Below are positions 42,252-47,806 of a DNA stretch of 47,806 bases, one piece after another. Source of the DNA: Thermoanaerobaculia bacterium (GTDB taxonomy: Bacteria; Acidobacteriota; Thermoanaerobaculia; Multivoradales; UBA5704); contig JBKKAU010000178.1 of assembly GCA_046714475.1 (NCBI GenBank), positions 1-47,806 on the forward strand, in the 5' to 3' direction. Made by a program: the position numbers and the translations under genes. The number at the start of each line of letters is the position of its first letter. Positions within the stretch are counted from its first letter, which is position 1. The notes below the pieces were generated by a model. That model was not told the DNA's origin. It worked only from the letters and a program-made list of their open reading frames with translations, and did no database searches.

Positions 42252-42935
42252 CTAACTGGGTAACAGCGGCCGCAGGTCGAAGTGGGGGATGCCGCCGGGG
42301 CCGGACATCAGCTGGAGCAGCAGCTCCTCCAGCTCCCGCAGGCTCGGCGACTCCATGAGGACCTGCCGCTCCGCGGCGGAGAAGGGGAGCGCGTGGGCGA
42401 TCGCGGTGACGATCTCCGTGCCCTCCATGCCGTCCATGATCGACAGGTCCAGACCGGTCTGGTTGGACTCGATCCGCTGGCGGACCACGTCCCGGAGCGC
42501 CGGGAACTGCAGCCCCTCTTCGATGTCCGGGAGGTCGTCCAGGAACTCCTGGTAGTCCACCTCCACCCTGCGGTAGCCGTGGACGGGCGGCAGCTCGCGG
42601 AGCACGCGGAAGCGGATCACTCCGCCGACCAAGGCGACGCTCTCGTCCGGCCCCTCCTCCCGGAACTCCCCGATATAACCGAGGCAGCCGACCGAGTAGA
42701 GGGCGGAGTCGGCGGGGCCGGGCTCGCCCACGGCCTCCTCGTCGCTGGTCTCGGTCGGCTGGAGGATGCCGATATAGCTGTCGACCCCCAGGGCTTCCTC
42801 GATGAGGGTGCGGTACTGGGGCTCGGCGATAAAGAGCGGCACCGCCGTCCCCGGCAGCAGCAGGGGGGCCGCCAGAGGGAAGACGGGGATGACCGTCGGC
42901 AACGAATCCGGATCAGGAGGGAAGTCGGGTTCCAT
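42252..42935 (-). CDS. Lon N-terminal (LON substrate-binding) domain protein
   Basis: IPVFPLAAPLLLPGTAVPLFIAEPQYRTLIEEAL is typical of standalone Lon-N domain proteins. Confidence 0.8.
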   Translation of the reverse strand: MEPDFPPDPDSLPTVIPVFPLAAPLLLPGTAVPLFIAEPQYRTLIEEALGVDSYIGILQPTETSDEEAVGEPGPADSALYSVGCLGYIGEFREEGPDESVALVGGVIRFRVLRELPPVHGYRRVEVDYQEFLDDLPDIEEGLQFPALRDVVRQRIESNQTGLDLSIMDGMEGTEIVTAIAHALPFSAAERQVLMESPSLRELEELLLQLMSGPGGIPHFDLRPLLPS

Positions 42936-43020
42936 GGGCCTATCTTTCCAGACCCCGTCAGGCTCCGCAATGGGACCAGGGGGCGCTACCTCTGTATACG
43001 GAGGAGACCGGCGGAGCGTT

Positions 43021-43054
43021 GAAAAGGAAAAAGCCCGGCCTGACGGCCGGGCTT
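43021..43054 (-). terminator. Rho-independent terminator after clpB
   Basis: AAGCCCGGCC-tgac-GGCCGGGCTT. On the minus strand it is followed by TTTTTCCTTTTC. Confidence 0.65.
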
Positions 43055-43084
43055 CGATAAGCAGGAGGGAGGTGGGATGGCGGC

Positions 43085-45757
<2,673 letters not shown>

Positions 45758-45786
45758 GGTGTCCTTATTTCCACAAAGCCGATCTG

Positions 45787-46749
45787 TCAGGCCCTGGCCC
45801 GGAACTCCGAAGTCTCGGCGAGTTGCTGAAAAAGCTCTCGTTCCTCGGGAGAAAGACGGTCCGGAACGACGATCCGGATCTCGGCGAAGAGATCCCCCCG
45901 CTCGCCGCTGGCCTTCTTGAAGCCGCGCTCGCGCAGGCGGATCTTGCGCCCCGAGGAAGAGCCCTCGGGAATCCTGATCCGGACGGGTCCCTCGGGCGTC
46001 TCGACCTCGGCGTCGCCGCCCAGCGCCGCCTCCCACGGCGTCACCGGCACCTGGGTGTAGAGGTCGGACTCTTCCACCCGGAACCGCGGGTCGGGCAGGA
46101 CCTCGATCTTCAGATAGAGGTCTCCCGCCGGGCCGCCGCCCAGGCTGGGCTGACCCTGCCCGGCGAGGCGGATCCGCTGGCCGCTGCGGACGCCGGCGGG
46201 GATCTTGATCGAGAGGTTCTTGCGCTGACCTGTCGCCGGGTCCGACAGCGAGACCTCCCGGTTGCCGCCGCGCAGGGCCTCCTCCAGGGTCAGGGAGATC
46301 TGCGCTTCGGAGTCGCTGCCCGCCTGGTTCGCAAAGCCTTCGAAGCTGCCGCCCGGGAACCCACCGCCCCGCCGGCCGCCCGGGCCGCCGCGGCCGAAGA
46401 GCATCTCGAAGAACGAGCTGAAGTCGCCGGCGCCGCCACCGCTGAAATCGAAGCTGCCGCCCTGACCGCCCAGGTTGCTGAAGTCGAAGCCCTCCCACCC
46501 GGGCGGCGGCGCGCCGCGCTGCTGCGCGTGCTTCCAGGCCGATCCGAACTGGTCGTACTTCTTCCGCTTCTCCGGGTCCTTGAGGACCTCGTAAGCCTCG
46601 CCGATCTCCTTGAACTTGACCTCGGCCTTGGGGTCCTTGTTGACGTCCGGGTGGAATTTGCGCGCCAGCTTGCGGTACGTCTTCTGGATCTCGTCCTGCG
46701 GGGCGTCCCGGTTGATCCCGAGGGTCTCGTAGTAGTCCTTGTAGTCCAA
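45787..46749 (-). CDS. cbpA: DnaJ-family co-chaperone of CbpA type (J domain, G/F region, C-terminal domains, no zinc finger)
   Basis: TTG start after [43 protein letters not shown]. No CxxCxGxG repeats. Confidence 0.9.
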   Translation of the reverse strand: MDYKDYYETLGINRDAPQDEIQKTYRKLARKFHPDVNKDPKAEVKFKEIGEAYEVLKDPEKRKKYDQFGSAWKHAQQRGAPPPGWEGFDFSNLGGQGGSFDFSGGGAGDFSSFFEMLFGRGGPGGRRGGGFPGGSFEGFANQAGSDSEAQISLTLEEALRGGNREVSLSDPATGQRKNLSIKIPAGVRSGQRIRLAGQGQPSLGGGPAGDLYLKIEVLPDPRFRVEESDLYTQVPVTPWEAALGGDAEVETPEGPVRIRIPEGSSSGRKIRLRERGFKKASGERGDLFAEIRIVVPDRLSPEERELFQQLAETSEFRARA

Positions 46750-46793
46750 TGGATGTCTCTCCTCGCCATCTCACCTCTGAGCGCGCAAAAAAC

Positions 46794-46819
46794 TTTGAGT
46801 GCTCAGCACTCACATTGTA
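46794..46819 (-). promoter_or_regulatory. HAIR-like (HspR-type) inverted repeat abutting a TACAAT -10 box upstream of cbpA-clpB
   Basis: The minus strand reads TACAAT-g-TGAGT-GCTGAGC-ACTCAAAG, close to the HAIR consensus CTTGAGT-N7-ACTCAAG. It lies 45-64 nt upstream of the cbpA start. Confidence 0.5.
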
Positions 46820-46936
46820 GAACGGAGTCCTCCAGCTTTCCATTCCCCGGAGCAAGTTGTCTTTGGAACGAGGCGCTGAAGCGAGGAAGGCGCGGTCTCC
46901 CGCGCCTTTCTCAGGAGCCGGAAACGAGGCGTCCGG

Positions 46937-47191
46937 TCACGGAGGGGTGATGCCGAAGTGCTCGTAGTTCTTGGCGATATAGGCCTTCCACTTGTCCGGG
47001 ATCTCGTCCTGGGGGTAGATCGCCGACACCGGGCAGGCGTCGACACAGAGCCCACAGTCGATGCACTCCTCGGGGTGGATGTAGAGCATCTCCCAGTCCT
47101 CGTTCTTGCCGTAGATGCAATCCACGGGGCAGACGTCCACGCAGGCCGTATCCTTCGTGCCGACACAAGGTTCAGCGATGATGTGCGTCAT
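46937..47191 (-). CDS. fdxA: 7Fe-type ferredoxin ([3Fe-4S][4Fe-4S])
   Basis: AGGAGG RBS. CVGTKDTACVDVCPVDCI and CIDCGLCVDACPV cluster motifs. Confidence 0.9.
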   Translation of the reverse strand: MTHIIAEPCVGTKDTACVDVCPVDCIYGKNEDWEMLYIHPEECIDCGLCVDACPVSAIYPQDEIPDKWKAYIAKNYEHFGITPP

Positions 47192-47270
47192 TCCAGGCCC
47201 CTCCTAAGTGGCCACGAGCTCCAAGGCCGCCCTCGGAGTCTCCAGATACTACATCCGACGCGGGTTCCGC

Positions 47271-47806
47271 TCAACGGCGCTCCAGGAACCTCGCGGGCCT
47301 GAACGGGCCGGCTTCGTTCTCGCCGAGCCCCGCGGTGACCCGCCGCGCCACTTCCCGGGCTGTCCAGGGAGCAAGCAGGATGCCATTGCGGAAGTGGCCG
47401 GAGGCCACGACCACGGGCCAGCCCGGCAGCGCTCCGAGCAGCGGCAGGCCGTCCGGAGTCCCCGGCCGCAGGCCCGCCCAGGAGGTCTCGAGCCGCGCCG
47501 CGTCGAGGCCGGGGAGATAGCGCCGGGTGAACGCCAGCAGGCTCTCGACGCCGGCGACCGTGGGGTGCGCCGCGAAGCCCGCCTCCTCGACGGTCGCCCC
47601 GACCAGGAGGCCGATCTCCCCCCGCCGCACGGCGTAGGCGCGCAGGCCGCGCACGGTCCCCTTCCAGGGCCACTCGACGCCGCCGAGCAGCAGCATCTGG
47701 CCGCGCACCGGCCGCACCGGCAGCTCGGGCAGCCCGGGGAGACGGCCGCTCCAGGCTCCGGCCGCGAGCACGAGCAGGCCGGCCTCGCGGGTCCAGTCCG
47801 CCCCGG
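47271..47806 (-). CDS. thiO: FAD-dependent glycine oxidase (ThiO/DAO family), C-terminal part; gene continues past right edge
   Basis: RPVRGQMLLL..., WAGLRPGTPDGLPLLG, VASGHFRNGILLAP. Confidence 0.7.
   Translation of the reverse strand, partial: GADWTREAGLLVLAAGAWSGRLPGLPELPVRPVRGQMLLLGGVEWPWKGTVRGLRAYAVRRGEIGLLVGATVEEAGFAAHPTVAGVESLLAFTRRYLPGLDAARLETSWAGLRPGTPDGLPLLGALPGWPVVVASGHFRNGILLAPWTAREVARRVTAGLGENEAGPFRPARFLERR

Noticed and set aside
42235-42258. Perfect 12-bp tandem duplication GGCAGCTAACTG x2 between pilT and the Lon-N gene, covering the Lon-N stop codon
   Set aside because: It is real in the sequence but tiny. Most simply it is a slippage duplication in a 20-bp convergent spacer, with no evident function.

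Overview
This is a high-GC bacterial chromosomal window. I did not compute GC. The gene content resembles Acidobacteriota or Myxococcota-type Gram-negatives, which cannot be proven from sequence alone. I support about 40 real genes. Most long Arg/Pro/Gly-rich ORFs in the track are shadow frames of genes on the opposite strand. Several track ORFs also carry false N-terminal extensions (Ku, ClpB, GGDEF-EAL, M16 subunits). Housekeeping genes: ppa, a divergent Ku/LigD NHEJ pair, an M16/M16/M28 peptidase cluster, tag, a Prx5-type peroxiredoxin, pilT, a Lon-N domain protein, cbpA(dnaJ-like)-clpB behind a HAIR-like operator, a 7Fe ferredoxin and a thiO-like fragment. Signalling genes: a solute-binding protein coupled to a dCache-HAMP-PAS-GGDEF-EAL protein, and a cNMP-binding/PilZ fusion followed by a signal-less GH25 lysozyme. 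Four unusual regions stand out. (i) A tightly coupled five-gene plus-strand operon at 36235-40377 is my best candidate for an undescribed toxin/conflict system. It encodes a DUF262/ParB-like protein, a full-length HipA kinase with no HipB, an EndoU RNase with a signal peptide, an acidic YacL-like protein and an NFACT-R/DUF814 protein. (ii) A non-coding array at 14351-14630 holds 14 copies of a 13-bp core, phased at exactly 20 bp, in mixed orientation. (iii) A 1082-aa fusion of an LCAT/PGAP1-like lipase, an LAP-N/macro-like domain and a CHAT protease heads an operon with two FG-GAP/VCBS proteins. (iv) An AT-richer island of about 5 kb (about 15250-20300) holds three small Cys-rich ORFs (one with a double-glycine-type leader), a secreted protein with a 282-bp tandem repeat, and about 0.7 kb of unexplained non-coding DNA. 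I recognised no rRNA, tRNA, CRISPR, transposase or integrase.
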